A stretch of DNA of 49,699 nt from a bacterium (GCA_024639335.1 JAHEIN010000004.1:1-49699); one strand, 5' to 3'; positions 35,344 through 47,921 are shown, counted from the stretch's first letter. The notes: generated by a model not told the origin, from the letters alone. Numbers and translations are program-made.

Positions 35344-36657
35344 TCAGAGACCCGGGTCGGCCAGGCGCAGACCGTCGACGAGTTCGAACAGCGACTCGAC
35401 CCCAAGATGCGACCAGACGGAGACGACGACGCCGAGGTCGGGGACATAGATGTCGATTCGCGGTGCACCGGCCACCAGTTCCTCGGACCCGGGGGCCCGG
35501 ATCAGGAGCCGGTCGAGCGGAATGGCGGGGTCGCCCACCCTCGGGAGGATGAAGCCGACGCTGCCGTTCTCCCACCGGACATCGGGGGTCTCGTCCGGAA
35601 TGCTTCCGATCGATGAGACGGTGACGCCGACCGCTCCTCGACCGCACGAGCGGCACGGGTAGTCGAGTGTGTCGTGGCCGGGACCCGAGCCGATGTCCCA
35701 GGCGAGCGACCACATGGGTTGGGTGGTCGTCCGAACCGAGGCACCTTCGGGGATTCCCGCGGTTGGAATGAATCCCAACGTCTCGGTTGGCGGCGCCGGC
35801 CACGCCTCCGGATAGCGCACCGCCGGTGCCGCCCAGGGAGCCGGCCCGCGATCTGCTGTCGCCGGGACCTCGTCGCCGATCGGCTCCGCCTCGAGTCCGT
35901 CGACCAGGCGGAGCGAATCGACGAGGGCCAAGAGATGCCCGTCGCCCAGGTTCGACCACACCTGGTATCCGCACAGCTGACCTGGGATCGAGAACTCGGC
36001 GAGACGCTGTTGGGCGGAATCGTCGAAACCCTCGCCTCCGTACCCGACCACTTGGTCTCCGTAGGAGACGGTGACCGGCATGCGGGTGCCGATGTCCGCC
36101 CAGGCGGGCGACCCGACCCCTGCGATACCGAAAGCGGAGCGCAGGCCGGGCATGTCCCAGGCGAGGGCCCATCCGCCGGAGAACTCTGCTCGTCGGAGCG
36201 TGGCTCGGTCGACGTCGGTGGTGACCGGATACAAACCTGAGCACCACAGCTGATTCTCGGCGCGTCGCCACTCTTCGACGAGCACACTCGGAACTTCGGC
36301 GAGATCGAGTGGTTCACGATCCCAGGGGGCGACCTCACCGATCGAGAAGACGGGGGCGGTGTCGGCCACGTCGGGTTCGGTGTTCGGCACAGCGAGGCTG
36401 GTGGCCGTCCGCGTGTCTTCGTCGGGGACCGGCCCGGTGGCGATCGGCCCGGGCTGGATCGACGTCTGGCGGATCAGCAGGGCAGCCACCCCGGCTACCA
36501 CGATCACTGCGGCAGCTGCGCTCAGCGCCACCTGCCATCCGGCGCGTCGCCTCGGGGTGGACCCCGGCGATTGGAGCTCTTCGGCCAGATCGTCCCAGAA
36601 GCCGGGCAGGTGCTCGGGAACCTCCTGGAGGGCAGCCCGAATGTCTTCAGGTGTCAT
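35344..36657 (-). CDS. Putative membrane anti-sigma factor with duplicated extracytoplasmic domain
   Basis: Coupled (ATGA) to the ECF sigma; short N-terminus (PEHLPGFWDDL), one TM, two repeats ending WSNLG..LVDSLRLVD and WSHLG..LVDGLRLAD. Confidence 0.7.
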   Translation of the reverse strand: MTPEDIRAALQEVPEHLPGFWDDLAEELQSPGSTPRRRAGWQVALSAAAAVIVVAGVAALLIRQTSIQPGPIATGPVPDEDTRTATSLAVPNTEPDVADTAPVFSIGEVAPWDREPLDLAEVPSVLVEEWRRAENQLWCSGLYPVTTDVDRATLRRAEFSGGWALAWDMPGLRSAFGIAGVGSPAWADIGTRMPVTVSYGDQVVGYGGEGFDDSAQQRLAEFSIPGQLCGYQVWSNLGDGHLLALVDSLRLVDGLEAEPIGDEVPATADRGPAPWAAPAVRYPEAWPAPPTETLGFIPTAGIPEGASVRTTTQPMWSLAWDIGSGPGHDTLDYPCRSCGRGAVGVTVSSIGSIPDETPDVRWENGSVGFILPRVGDPAIPLDRLLIRAPGSEELVAGAPRIDIYVPDLGVVVSVWSHLGVESLFELVDGLRLADPGL

Positions 36658-37193
36658 CCTTCCTCACCTCCCAACTCCTTCCTCATTGCCGCTCGAGCCC
36701 GATTCAGTCGCGATCTGACCGTTCCGACGGGCACCGCGAGGACATCTGCGGCAGCGGCGTAGTCCAGCCCTTCGACGTCCACCAACGCCAGCACGGCGCG
36801 ATGCTCGGTCGTCATCTGTGCGAACGCTGCGGCGAGATCGAGCCTTGCGATCCCGTCCCCCGCGGGATCGCTCATGACCGCAGCCGTTTCGAAGAGCTCT
36901 ACGTCGTCCCGGCGACGGCGGATGAGATCGATGCAGGCGTTGTGGACGATCCGAAACATCCAGTTCTTGAACGAAGCGTCACCTCGGAAGCGTCGAATCG
37001 CCCGGAACGCATTGAGATACGCATTCTGCAAGGCGTCGTCCATCGCCGTCCGATCACCGAGGATTCGGTACGCGTAGGCGCGGAGCTGCTCGTCGTACAG
37101 CCGGATCAACGCCGTGAAGGCGACCGGGTCGCCGTCTCTGGCTTTCCGCAGGTGGAGGCTCTCCGGTTCCATCCGCACCATTGTCGTCATCAC
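36654..37193 (-). CDS. ECF RNA polymerase sigma factor
   Basis: DDALQNAYLNAFRAIRRFRG, WMFRIVHNACID, GTVRSRLNRAR; true start may be 37172-37193. Confidence 0.92.
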   Translation of the reverse strand: MMTTMVRMEPESLHLRKARDGDPVAFTALIRLYDEQLRAYAYRILGDRTAMDDALQNAYLNAFRAIRRFRGDASFKNWMFRIVHNACIDLIRRRRDDVELFETAAVMSDPAGDGIARLDLAAAFAQMTTEHRAVLALVDVEGLDYAAAADVLAVPVGTVRSRLNRARAAMRKELGGEEG

Positions 37194-37253
37194 ACGAGTG
37201 ATGACGGAAGAGAGTCCGCCTGCGTTCCACCCGATCTTCTACTGTGTTCAATC

Positions 37254-37421
37254 GTGAAGACGTTCTATCGATTGGTCGGGCTTGCAGTGTTGGGGGCGGT
37301 CGCGTTCGTAGCGCTCGGCCCGCTGTTGCCTCCCGGCAACCCGATCGGTGATGCCGCCGACGCCTTCCTCGATGCCATGTCGGCCTTCTGGGGCCAACCC
37401 ATCACCTCGGTCGGCCCCTGA
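37254..37421 (+). CDS. Small membrane protein (55 aa)
   Basis: VKTFYRLVGLAVLGAVAFVALGPLLPPGNPIGDAADAFLDAMSAFWGQPITSVGP; TACTGT -10 8 nt before GTG. Confidence 0.55.
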   Translation: MKTFYRLVGLAVLGAVAFVALGPLLPPGNPIGDAADAFLDAMSAFWGQPITSVGP

Positions 37422-37470
37422 GTCTCACCGGCTCGGTCTTGAAACGACGGTGGCCGGGGGTATCGCTCGG

Positions 37471-38514
37471 CTACCGCTCGAGTTCGACGGTTCCGAGGGC
37501 GTCCCACGCAGTGAGGCCACATGCTTTTCGGACCATCCCGTACGGGTAGGGCGGGATTCCCGGCGCCGAGATCGCCGTGAGGCTGGTCATCTCCTCGACG
37601 GAGAGCATGACATCGACCGAAGCGAGGTTGGAGTCCAGCTGATCGACGGTGCGCGCACCGAGGATCACCGACGACACCCCCGGACGTTGCCGAACCCAAG
37701 CGAGCGCGACCTTGGCGAGGCTGATCCCCCGATGGGTGGCGATCCGTTCCATCGCCGCAAGGATCTGCCACGTGCGCTCGGTGTTGCGGGTGTGATACGC
37801 CTCGACACCGCGATCGGGATCCTCACCCAGCCGCGTGTTCCCGCTGGGTCGAGTCTCTCTCGAGTACTTTCCGGTCAGCCAGCCGCCCCCGAGCGGCGAC
37901 CACGGAAGGATCCCGATCCCCTCCTCGAGGCACATCGGCATGACCTCGAGCTCGATACCGCGGTCCAACAGGTTGTACTGCGGCTGAACCGTCACCGGAC
38001 GGGCCCAGCCGTGCATCTCGCAGCGGTCGACGATCCGCTGCATCTGCCAGCCGGTGACATTGGACCAGCCGACCTGCCCCACCATCCCGGCTCTGACGAA
38101 CTCGTCCAGCGTCTCGAGCGTCTCGTCGAGCGGGGTGTGGGGGTCCCAGCCGTGCATCTGGTACAAATCGACGTCGTCGACTCCCAGCCGCCCGAGGCTG
38201 GCGCGGAGCGCCCGTCGCAGATGACGCCGGCCGGTACCCGTCTCCAGCGGGCCATCGCCCATCGAGAAGCGGGCTTTGGTCGCCAATACGACGTTGGGGC
38301 GTTGGTCGGATCGGGCGAGCCAGCCTCCGATGATCTCCTCGGACACCCCCTCCGAATACACGTCGGCCGTGTCGATGAAGGTCCCGCCGGCCTCGACGAA
38401 TCGATCGAGTTGGGCGTGTGCGCCCGACTCGTCGGTCTCTGCGCCGAAGGTCATCGTGCCGAGACCGAGCACGCTGACCGGGGTTCCGCTGTTGCCGAGA
38501 TATCGATGTTCCAT
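37471..38514 (-). CDS. Aldo/keto reductase
   Basis: LGLGTMTFG, IDTADVY, LATK, DLYQMH, QPQYNLL, WSPLGGGWLTGKY. Confidence 0.92.
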   Translation of the reverse strand: MEHRYLGNSGTPVSVLGLGTMTFGAETDESGAHAQLDRFVEAGGTFIDTADVYSEGVSEEIIGGWLARSDQRPNVVLATKARFSMGDGPLETGTGRRHLRRALRASLGRLGVDDVDLYQMHGWDPHTPLDETLETLDEFVRAGMVGQVGWSNVTGWQMQRIVDRCEMHGWARPVTVQPQYNLLDRGIELEVMPMCLEEGIGILPWSPLGGGWLTGKYSRETRPSGNTRLGEDPDRGVEAYHTRNTERTWQILAAMERIATHRGISLAKVALAWVRQRPGVSSVILGARTVDQLDSNLASVDVMLSVEEMTSLTAISAPGIPPYPYGMVRKACGLTAWDALGTVELER

Positions 38515-38618
38515 TCGACAAACCTACCGGTCGTCATCGCTGACCCGATTCTCCGCCTGATCGTGGGGCTGCGCCTGCCCGCGATCGCCAAGCAGCGCGA
38601 GCGCCGGTGATGGAGGGG

Positions 38619-38632
38619 GGGTGCTAGCACCC
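38619..38632. promoter_or_regulatory. Perfect 14-bp palindrome, candidate operator
   Basis: GGGTGCTAGCACCC, about 105 nt upstream of the cytolysin-like gene. Confidence 0.45.
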
Positions 38633-38737
38633 GTCTGAAGACTCATCCCTCTGTCACCTCAAGACACCTGCCTGGGCCATCGAAACCACCGAGGTTCTCC
38701 CGCATCGTGATGTCACGCCACGAACGAGGAGAACATC

Positions 38738-40339
38738 ATGCCGAAGACGAGAACGACCATCGCCGTCCTGATCGGGCTTGCGATGATCACCAGCGCCTGT
38801 GTCGTGCCATCGGCAGGGGCAGGCACCATCACGACTGCCACCGAGCCGCCACCGCCCGGGCCAACGACCACCACTCTGCCGGACGCCACCGAGACGACCG
38901 TCGCCGAAACGACGACGACCACAGAACCGCCGCCCCCCTCGATCGATCCCGAGGTCGAGCCGCTGCTGCGGTCGATCGCATCGTGGCAGGTGCCGACGGT
39001 GACCAGCGTGGACGGCCGGGTTCTGAGTGCGGACACCTGGGATATCGGCAAGACTCGAACGAGCTGTCTCGTCGATCAGCCGCGCACGCTCAGCCGCGCC
39101 TTCGACGAGTTCGCGGCGTTCCCGTTCTCGGGGCCCTTGGCCCCCGGCCTCATCGTGGAAGGCTCGGGTGTGGTCGAAGGGGACCTTCGGGTCGTTCCGC
39201 TCGACAGGGCCCCGTTGACTCTGGTCTCGAGTCTCGATTCCGAGAACCCGACGATCGCGGTCGATGCTCCGACGACGTCGAGCATTCAGGAGGCGATCAG
39301 CGCGCTGAAGCGAGACGCCGACGCCCAGTTCACGGGTGTGGACATCACCCCCGCCGACATCACCTTCGTCCGAGAGGAAGTGCACTCTTACGAGGAGGCC
39401 ATGCTCGGTATGGGGGTGTCCCTCCACTATGACTCCCCCGGGCTCCGCACCAAGTTCGAGTCGTCGTTCTACCAGGAGTCTCGCTCCGAGAAACACTCGA
39501 TCGTCGCCAGCCTCGTCCAGCCGATGTTCACGGTTCGCGCCGACACGTCTCGCATCGACGACGCCGCCGACTGGTTTGCCATCACCACCTCCACGTCGGA
39601 TGTGGAGCGTCTGATCTCCAACGGCGCGATGGGCGACGGCAACCCGCCGGTTGTCATCGACAGCGTCACCTATGGACGGGTGATGTATTTCACCATGACG
39701 AGCTCGCTCGCCAGCGATTCCAGTGAGCTGATCGCGACGATGGAGGCCGCATACGGAGGACTCGGCGGCGAGGCCGGCCTGACCGACCGACAGAGGAGTG
39801 TGCTGAACGAGTCCCGGCTCGAGGTGATCGCGTTCGGTGGAGACCAGGACGTTGCGTTCCAGGCGCTCAAGAGTGGACGTCTCAACGACTTCTTCGCCAG
39901 CGTGAACACGACCACCGCAGCACCGTTGTCGATGACCGTCCGGACGCTGACCGGCGAGCTGGTCGAGGTGGCCGACGAGGCGACGCTGCAGAGCGTGTCG
40001 TGCAGCGAGACGACCTTGCCGTACGCATTCGGGGTCGAGGTCCGCAATCTCAACGGCAGGGCCATCATCAAGGTCAACGATGTTCAGATCGCCGATTGGT
40101 CGAACCACTCGGGCTTGCGGACGATCGACGTTCCGGCGAACCGCCTCCGTCCCGGCGCCAACTCGATCAAGATCGAATACTCCGACTGGTTCCCCTGTAG
40201 CGGCTCGTCCATCACCGCCACCATCCTCCGCGATGGGTCGAGAGTGGGCAGCTCGGCCAAGGAGTGGGACGCCCCGGCGTGCTGGTTCGACCTGACGTGG
40301 GACATCAACACCAACGGCACGGTCGTGGCCCGACCATGA
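38738..40339 (+). CDS. Thiol-activated/cholesterol-dependent cytolysin-like (CDCL) lipoprotein
   Basis: Lipobox-like ITSAC, Thr/Pro linker, PGLIVEG, RAPLTL, QPMFTV, PPVVIDSVTYGRVMY, IAFGG, PLSMTVRTL; distinct C-terminal beta domain without the ECTGLAWEWWR undecapeptide. Confidence 0.8.
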   Translation: MPKTRTTIAVLIGLAMITSACVVPSAGAGTITTATEPPPPGPTTTTLPDATETTVAETTTTTEPPPPSIDPEVEPLLRSIASWQVPTVTSVDGRVLSADTWDIGKTRTSCLVDQPRTLSRAFDEFAAFPFSGPLAPGLIVEGSGVVEGDLRVVPLDRAPLTLVSSLDSENPTIAVDAPTTSSIQEAISALKRDADAQFTGVDITPADITFVREEVHSYEEAMLGMGVSLHYDSPGLRTKFESSFYQESRSEKHSIVASLVQPMFTVRADTSRIDDAADWFAITTSTSDVERLISNGAMGDGNPPVVIDSVTYGRVMYFTMTSSLASDSSELIATMEAAYGGLGGEAGLTDRQRSVLNESRLEVIAFGGDQDVAFQALKSGRLNDFFASVNTTTAAPLSMTVRTLTGELVEVADEATLQSVSCSETTLPYAFGVEVRNLNGRAIIKVNDVQIADWSNHSGLRTIDVPANRLRPGANSIKIEYSDWFPCSGSSITATILRDGSRVGSSAKEWDAPACWFDLTWDINTNGTVVARP

Positions 40340-40368
40340 CGAGCAACCTGGTTGTCCGGCCGGCGGGA

Positions 40369-41592
40369 TCAACCGCCGGCCGGCGCCCTCGCTTCGACTC
40401 TCGTGCCACCGGGACCGGACTCGATGTCGAGGCTGCCGCCGACGACAGCGATCCGGTCGGACATGTTCACGATGCCGTGCGACCGTTGGACAACGCCAGC
40501 ATCGAAACCGGGCCCATCGTCGGTGATGGTGAGCGCCACCTGTCCGTCGTCACTCGTGAGAGAGACTGCGATCGGTGCGCCGCCGGCATGCTTGGAGGCG
40601 TTGGACAGCGCCTCGAGGCACGTGAAGTAGAGGGCCGATTCGACGTCGCGACCCAGGCGACCGACGTCGGTCAGGGCGTCCACCGACACACCATCGAACC
40701 GTCGGGCGGCGGCGGCGATCGCCTCACGAAGGCCCCTCGTCTCGAGCAGCGGCGGATAGATGCCATGCGACAACTCACGCAGGTCGGCGGAGGCGTCCTC
40801 GATCTCGGACACCAACTCGGCCACGTCGCCCGCCAGCTTCGTGCCGATCGCCTGAGATTCGAGCAACCGAAGCCGGATGCCGATGGCGACGAGCCGAGCT
40901 TGGGCACCGTCGTGGAGGTCTCGTTCGATGCGGCTTCGCTCGGCGTCCGCCGCAGCAACGACACGGCGCCTCGATTCGGACAAGAGGGATTGCGATCGCG
41001 TCAGGTTCTCGTTCAACGCCCGAGCCTCGGCCAACGCACCGAGCTGGAGCTGGTTGTTCTGCCAGACGATCAACCCGATCGGGATGATCTGCGCCACGAG
41101 CGCTCCGACGACCAGGCCGAATTCGAGTTCGTCGGCGATATCGACGACAACCCCGCCGTCGTCGTTCAACAGACCGATCGAACCGACGAGGCCGGCAACT
41201 GCCGCCCCTCCTCCGATCAACCATCGGAGCGCGCCACCGGCGACGTATGGGGTCGCGAGCACCACCGCCATCAGGACTGTGAGCGCCATGACCGGCCACA
41301 GAAACGGAAACAGCAGCGAGACCCAGACGGCGACCTGCCAGTTGCCGGCGGCGATCCAAGCGAGCGCAGCGACCGTGTCGGTTGGCAGCACGCGCTTGGC
41401 TCGAAGCAGGGCGCCGATCAGGATCGACAGTGGCAGGAGTACCAGCCAGACGCCTCCGACCTGCACGAAGAGCCCGTTGGCGACGACGACGAAGGCGGCG
41501 CCGACGATCCCTCCCCACAAGTCGAGTTCGATGAACGTTGCAACCGGCGAAGCGTCTGCGTGGCCTTGTCGTATCCGAATGCGCGACACCAT
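40369..41592 (-). CDS. Membrane sensor histidine kinase (HisKA_3, NarX/DesK type)
   Basis: About 6 TM, ERSRIERDLHDGAQ, EALSNASKHA, DDGPGF, GGSL. Confidence 0.9.
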   Translation of the reverse strand: MVSRIRIRQGHADASPVATFIELDLWGGIVGAAFVVVANGLFVQVGGVWLVLLPLSILIGALLRAKRVLPTDTVAALAWIAAGNWQVAVWVSLLFPFLWPVMALTVLMAVVLATPYVAGGALRWLIGGGAAVAGLVGSIGLLNDDGGVVVDIADELEFGLVVGALVAQIIPIGLIVWQNNQLQLGALAEARALNENLTRSQSLLSESRRRVVAAADAERSRIERDLHDGAQARLVAIGIRLRLLESQAIGTKLAGDVAELVSEIEDASADLRELSHGIYPPLLETRGLREAIAAAARRFDGVSVDALTDVGRLGRDVESALYFTCLEALSNASKHAGGAPIAVSLTSDDGQVALTITDDGPGFDAGVVQRSHGIVNMSDRIAVVGGSLDIESGPGGTRVEARAPAGG

Positions 41593-41609
41593 GCGGGGAG
41601 CGTAGGAGC

Positions 41610-41975
41610 GTGAATCGGGTCTTCGTGGTCGACGACACCGGCTGGTTCCGCACGGCGGCACGGGCCGTGATCGCTGCGACCGACGGCTTCGAGTTCGCCG
41701 GCTGGGCAGCCTCGGCCGCAGAGGGCGCCAGTGCGCTCGCCGACGCCGATGTGCAGCCCGACCTGGTGCTGATTGACGTCGACCTCGGAGATGGGAGCGG
41801 CATCGACCTGACTACGCGCCTCACGCGGTCGCTGCCGGGTCTCCGCGTCCTCCTCGTCTCGACGCTCGATCGTGAGGACCTCCCCGCGGGTGCGGACTCC
41901 TGTGGAGCGATCGGGTTCCTCTCCAAGATCGACCTCTCGCCGGCCATGCTCCGCCGGCACACCGGTGTTCCCTAA
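41610..41975 (+). CDS. Single-domain (REC-only) response regulator
   Basis: VFVVDD, PDLVLIDVDL, LVST, FLSK; SD AGGAG before GTG 41610. Confidence 0.8.
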   Translation: MNRVFVVDDTGWFRTAARAVIAATDGFEFAGWAASAAEGASALADADVQPDLVLIDVDLGDGSGIDLTTRLTRSLPGLRVLLVSTLDREDLPAGADSCGAIGFLSKIDLSPAMLRRHTGVP

Positions 41976-41984
41976 CGTGTGGGC

Positions 41985-42653
41985 ATGATTCGTGTGGTTC
42001 TCGCCGACGACAGTCTGCTGATCAGACAGGGGCTGAGCGCCCTCATCGGCTCGCTCGACGACATCGAACTGGTGGCGGAGGCATCGAACGTGCTCGAGTT
42101 GATGTCGAGCCTCGACGAGCATGCACCCGACGTCGCGATCACCGACATCCGCATGCCACCGACCCACACCGATGAAGGCATTCGAGCGGCGATCGAGATC
42201 AGACAGAACCACCCGAACGTCGGGGTGGTCGTCCTCTCGCAATACGCCGAGCCCTCATTCGTCCTCTCGTTGTTCGAAGAGGGGTCTGAGCGACTTGGCT
42301 ATCTCCTCAAGGAACGAGTCGGGCCAGGCGACCTCGAACGGGCCGTGAGAGCCGTCGCCGGCGGCGGTTCGTCGGTCGACCCACGCATCGTCGACGTGTT
42401 GGTGAGCAGCAAGTCCAGCCGACCGTCGCCGATCGATGAGCTGACGCCTCGCGAGCGCGAAGTGTTGGGGTGTATCGCCGAAGGTCAGAACAACGCCGCA
42501 GTTGCGGAGACCCTCGTCATCAGCGAGCGGGCCGTCGCCCGACACATCAACTCGATCTTCGCCAAGCTCGCCCTCGGCGAGGAGGAAGGCGCGCACCGCC
42601 GGGTCAAAGCGGTGTTGCTGTGGCTCTCCGATCACGACGGGGGACGGTCGTGA
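41985..42653 (+). CDS. NarL/LuxR-family response regulator
   Basis: VVLADD, TDIRMPP, LSQY, YLLK, LTPREREVL, HINSIFAKL, HRRVKAVL. Confidence 0.92.
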   Translation: MIRVVLADDSLLIRQGLSALIGSLDDIELVAEASNVLELMSSLDEHAPDVAITDIRMPPTHTDEGIRAAIEIRQNHPNVGVVVLSQYAEPSFVLSLFEEGSERLGYLLKERVGPGDLERAVRAVAGGGSSVDPRIVDVLVSSKSSRPSPIDELTPREREVLGCIAEGQNNAAVAETLVISERAVARHINSIFAKLALGEEEGAHRRVKAVLLWLSDHDGGRS

Positions 42654-43066
42654 ACCGGTCTGGACGGTGCGCGTGCAGCTCGATCCGGTTCAGGGTCGAC
42701 GGGCCGATGCGCCCGGTCATCAACTGTCACTGCGAGCGATGCCGGCGGATCACCGGGCACTTCATGGCGGCGACCGGGTGCGATGACTCGCTGCTGGTGC
42801 TGGAGTCGAACTCGAGTCTGTCCTGGTATGAGCCGGCGCCCGGCATCTTCTACGGCTTCTGCGGGGCGTGCGGATCGACGCTGTTCTGGCGGGCCGACGC
42901 CATTCCTGGATGGATCTCCGTTGCTGCCGGCAGCCTGGACCGGCCAACCGGGCTGACCACCGAGGAGGCTTGGTGGACGTCGGAGGCTTCCGACTACCAC
43001 GTGCTGGATCCGACGATCGAGTCCTTCGAAACCGAGCCGCACGACCCTGCCGAGGAGGTTTCGTGA
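42650..43066 (+). CDS. GFA/CENP-V family Zn-binding protein
   Basis: GRCACSSIRF, CHCERCRR, FCGACGS. Confidence 0.88.
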   Translation: MNRSGRCACSSIRFRVDGPMRPVINCHCERCRRITGHFMAATGCDDSLLVLESNSSLSWYEPAPGIFYGFCGACGSTLFWRADAIPGWISVAAGSLDRPTGLTTEEAWWTSEASDYHVLDPTIESFETEPHDPAEEVS

Positions 43067-43536
43067 TCCGGCCGGCGACTGCCGCCGACGCAGCGCGGAT
43101 CGCCGAGATCTACGCGCCACATGTCACCGACTCGGCGATCTCTTTCGAGGAGTCGCCTCCCGATGCAGTCGAGATCGTCCGCCGGATGGAGAAGGCGCAT
43201 CTCTGGCTCGTCGACGAGACCGACGGGGTGATCGGCGGCTACGCCTACGGGACACCATGGCGGTCACGACACGCGTACCGCTTCACGGTTGAGACGACGG
43301 TCTATGTCGCTGCCGAACGCCACAGGCGCGGGATCGGGCGCCGCCTGTACGAGGAGCTCCTCGAGCAACTCGGAGCGCTCGGGTTCGTCACGGCAGTGGC
43401 TGGCATCACCCTGCCGAACGACGAGAGCGTCGAGTTCCACCGGGCACTCGGCTTCACCTACGTCGGCACATTCCCCAAGGTCGGATACAAGTTCGACACC
43501 TGGTACGACACCGGCTGGTTGTCACGCCTGCTGTGA
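43063..43536 (+). CDS. GNAT N-acetyltransferase (Pat/YncA-like)
   Basis: IRPAT, ISFEE, RHAYRFTVETTVYV, PNDESVEFH, VGYKFDTWYD. Confidence 0.88.
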   Translation: MIRPATAADAARIAEIYAPHVTDSAISFEESPPDAVEIVRRMEKAHLWLVDETDGVIGGYAYGTPWRSRHAYRFTVETTVYVAAERHRRGIGRRLYEELLEQLGALGFVTAVAGITLPNDESVEFHRALGFTYVGTFPKVGYKFDTWYDTGWLSRLL

Positions 43537-43551
43537 GCCCCGGCGATCCGC

Positions 43552-43974
43552 TCAGAAGAGCTGCTCCCCTGGCAGTCCGCCGGCCTGCCTGATCCACGAC
43601 GAGAGCTGTGCCTCGTCGAAGTCGTCGTCCTCACCGATGTGGGAATAGCGGACGTCGGGGTGTTTCGAGTCGACCGGTGGCATCGGCTCGAGCGAGGCAC
43701 CGTTGAGCCACGTCAGCTTCACGTACTTGGTGAAGCAGTGGAAGCTCAGGAACCATCCCTGTCCCTCGATGCCGTAGAACGGCGAGTTCCACCGGACCGC
43801 CTTCTGCACGTCGGGAACGACTCGCCCGACGAGCTCGTCGATACGGTGGCCGACGTCGTGTTTCCATCCCGGCATCGCAGTGATGTAGGCCTGCACCGGC
43901 GCGTCGCCGTCGCCTTTGGGAATCTGAGGGTTCCCCCCGGACAACAACTTCGGCTTCGACTCTTCACCGCCCAT
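43552..43974 (-). CDS. DUF1801 (YdhG-like) protein
   Basis: LLSGGNPQIPKGDGDAPVQAYI, AVRWNSPFYG, FHCFTKYVK; start uncertain. Confidence 0.8.
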   Translation of the reverse strand: MGGEESKPKLLSGGNPQIPKGDGDAPVQAYITAMPGWKHDVGHRIDELVGRVVPDVQKAVRWNSPFYGIEGQGWFLSFHCFTKYVKLTWLNGASLEPMPPVDSKHPDVRYSHIGEDDDFDEAQLSSWIRQAGGLPGEQLF

Positions 43975-44231
43975 CCCTTGCTTCTTCCTTCTCGTTGCCG
44001 GCCCTTCCGGCATGATGGCACACCAGGCGGCCGCCTGAGACCTGAGACATCGATCGAGGTCCGCGAAAATTCCCGGCCTCTTGGGTTTTCGCGTTGGCGG
44101 ATCGCCGGATAGCTTCCCGCCCGCATCTTCGGATGACTTCCCCACAGAACTGGCCGTCACCCGGCCGCGTGGTTTTTTTCGCGCGCTCGGCGAGGTCGCG
44201 AAAAATGACCTCATCTGGGTCGAAGAAACCA

Positions 44232-44261
44232 TTGACTGAGTGACACCTGTGTAATTACAGT
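44232..44261 (+). promoter_or_regulatory. Sigma70-type promoter of nrdJ
   Basis: TTGACT-18nt-TACAGT. Confidence 0.65.
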
Positions 44262-44272
44262 CTTGTATCCCA

Positions 44273-44319
44273 CCCCAACATGTGGTGTCTGATACGCAGA
44301 GGACCACAACATGTAGTGG
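44273..44319 (+). promoter_or_regulatory. Tandem NrdR boxes
   Basis: CCCCAACATGTGGTGT (44273-44288) and CCACAACATGTAGTGG (44304-44319), 31-bp periodicity, directly upstream of an RNR gene. Confidence 0.88.
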
Positions 44320-44415
44320 TTGGGACGAATACAGCGCCCGAGAATGGGTTCTTTCAGCCGGAAAGAGCCCGTCCAGGGTCAGTTGTCAGCGAAGAAGAGA
44401 GGGAGCCCCCACATC

Positions 44416-47823
<3,408 letters not shown>

Positions 47824-47890
47824 ATCTCAGAGGGGGCTGAGGCTTCACCCGCTCGGGGGGAGTCGGACCGCCTCAGTTGGGCTGAGAAAC

Positions 47891-47921
47891 GGGAGGGGAG
47901 GGCTTCGGTCCTCCCCTCCTC
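47891..47921 (+). terminator. Hairpin terminator after nrdJ
   Basis: gggaggggagggc-TTCG-gtcctcccctcct. Confidence 0.65.

Noticed and set aside
47824-47890. Extra stem-loops between the nrdJ stop and the terminator
   Set aside because: Could be a 3' UTR structure, but there is no promoter or recognisable RNA family; insufficient support.
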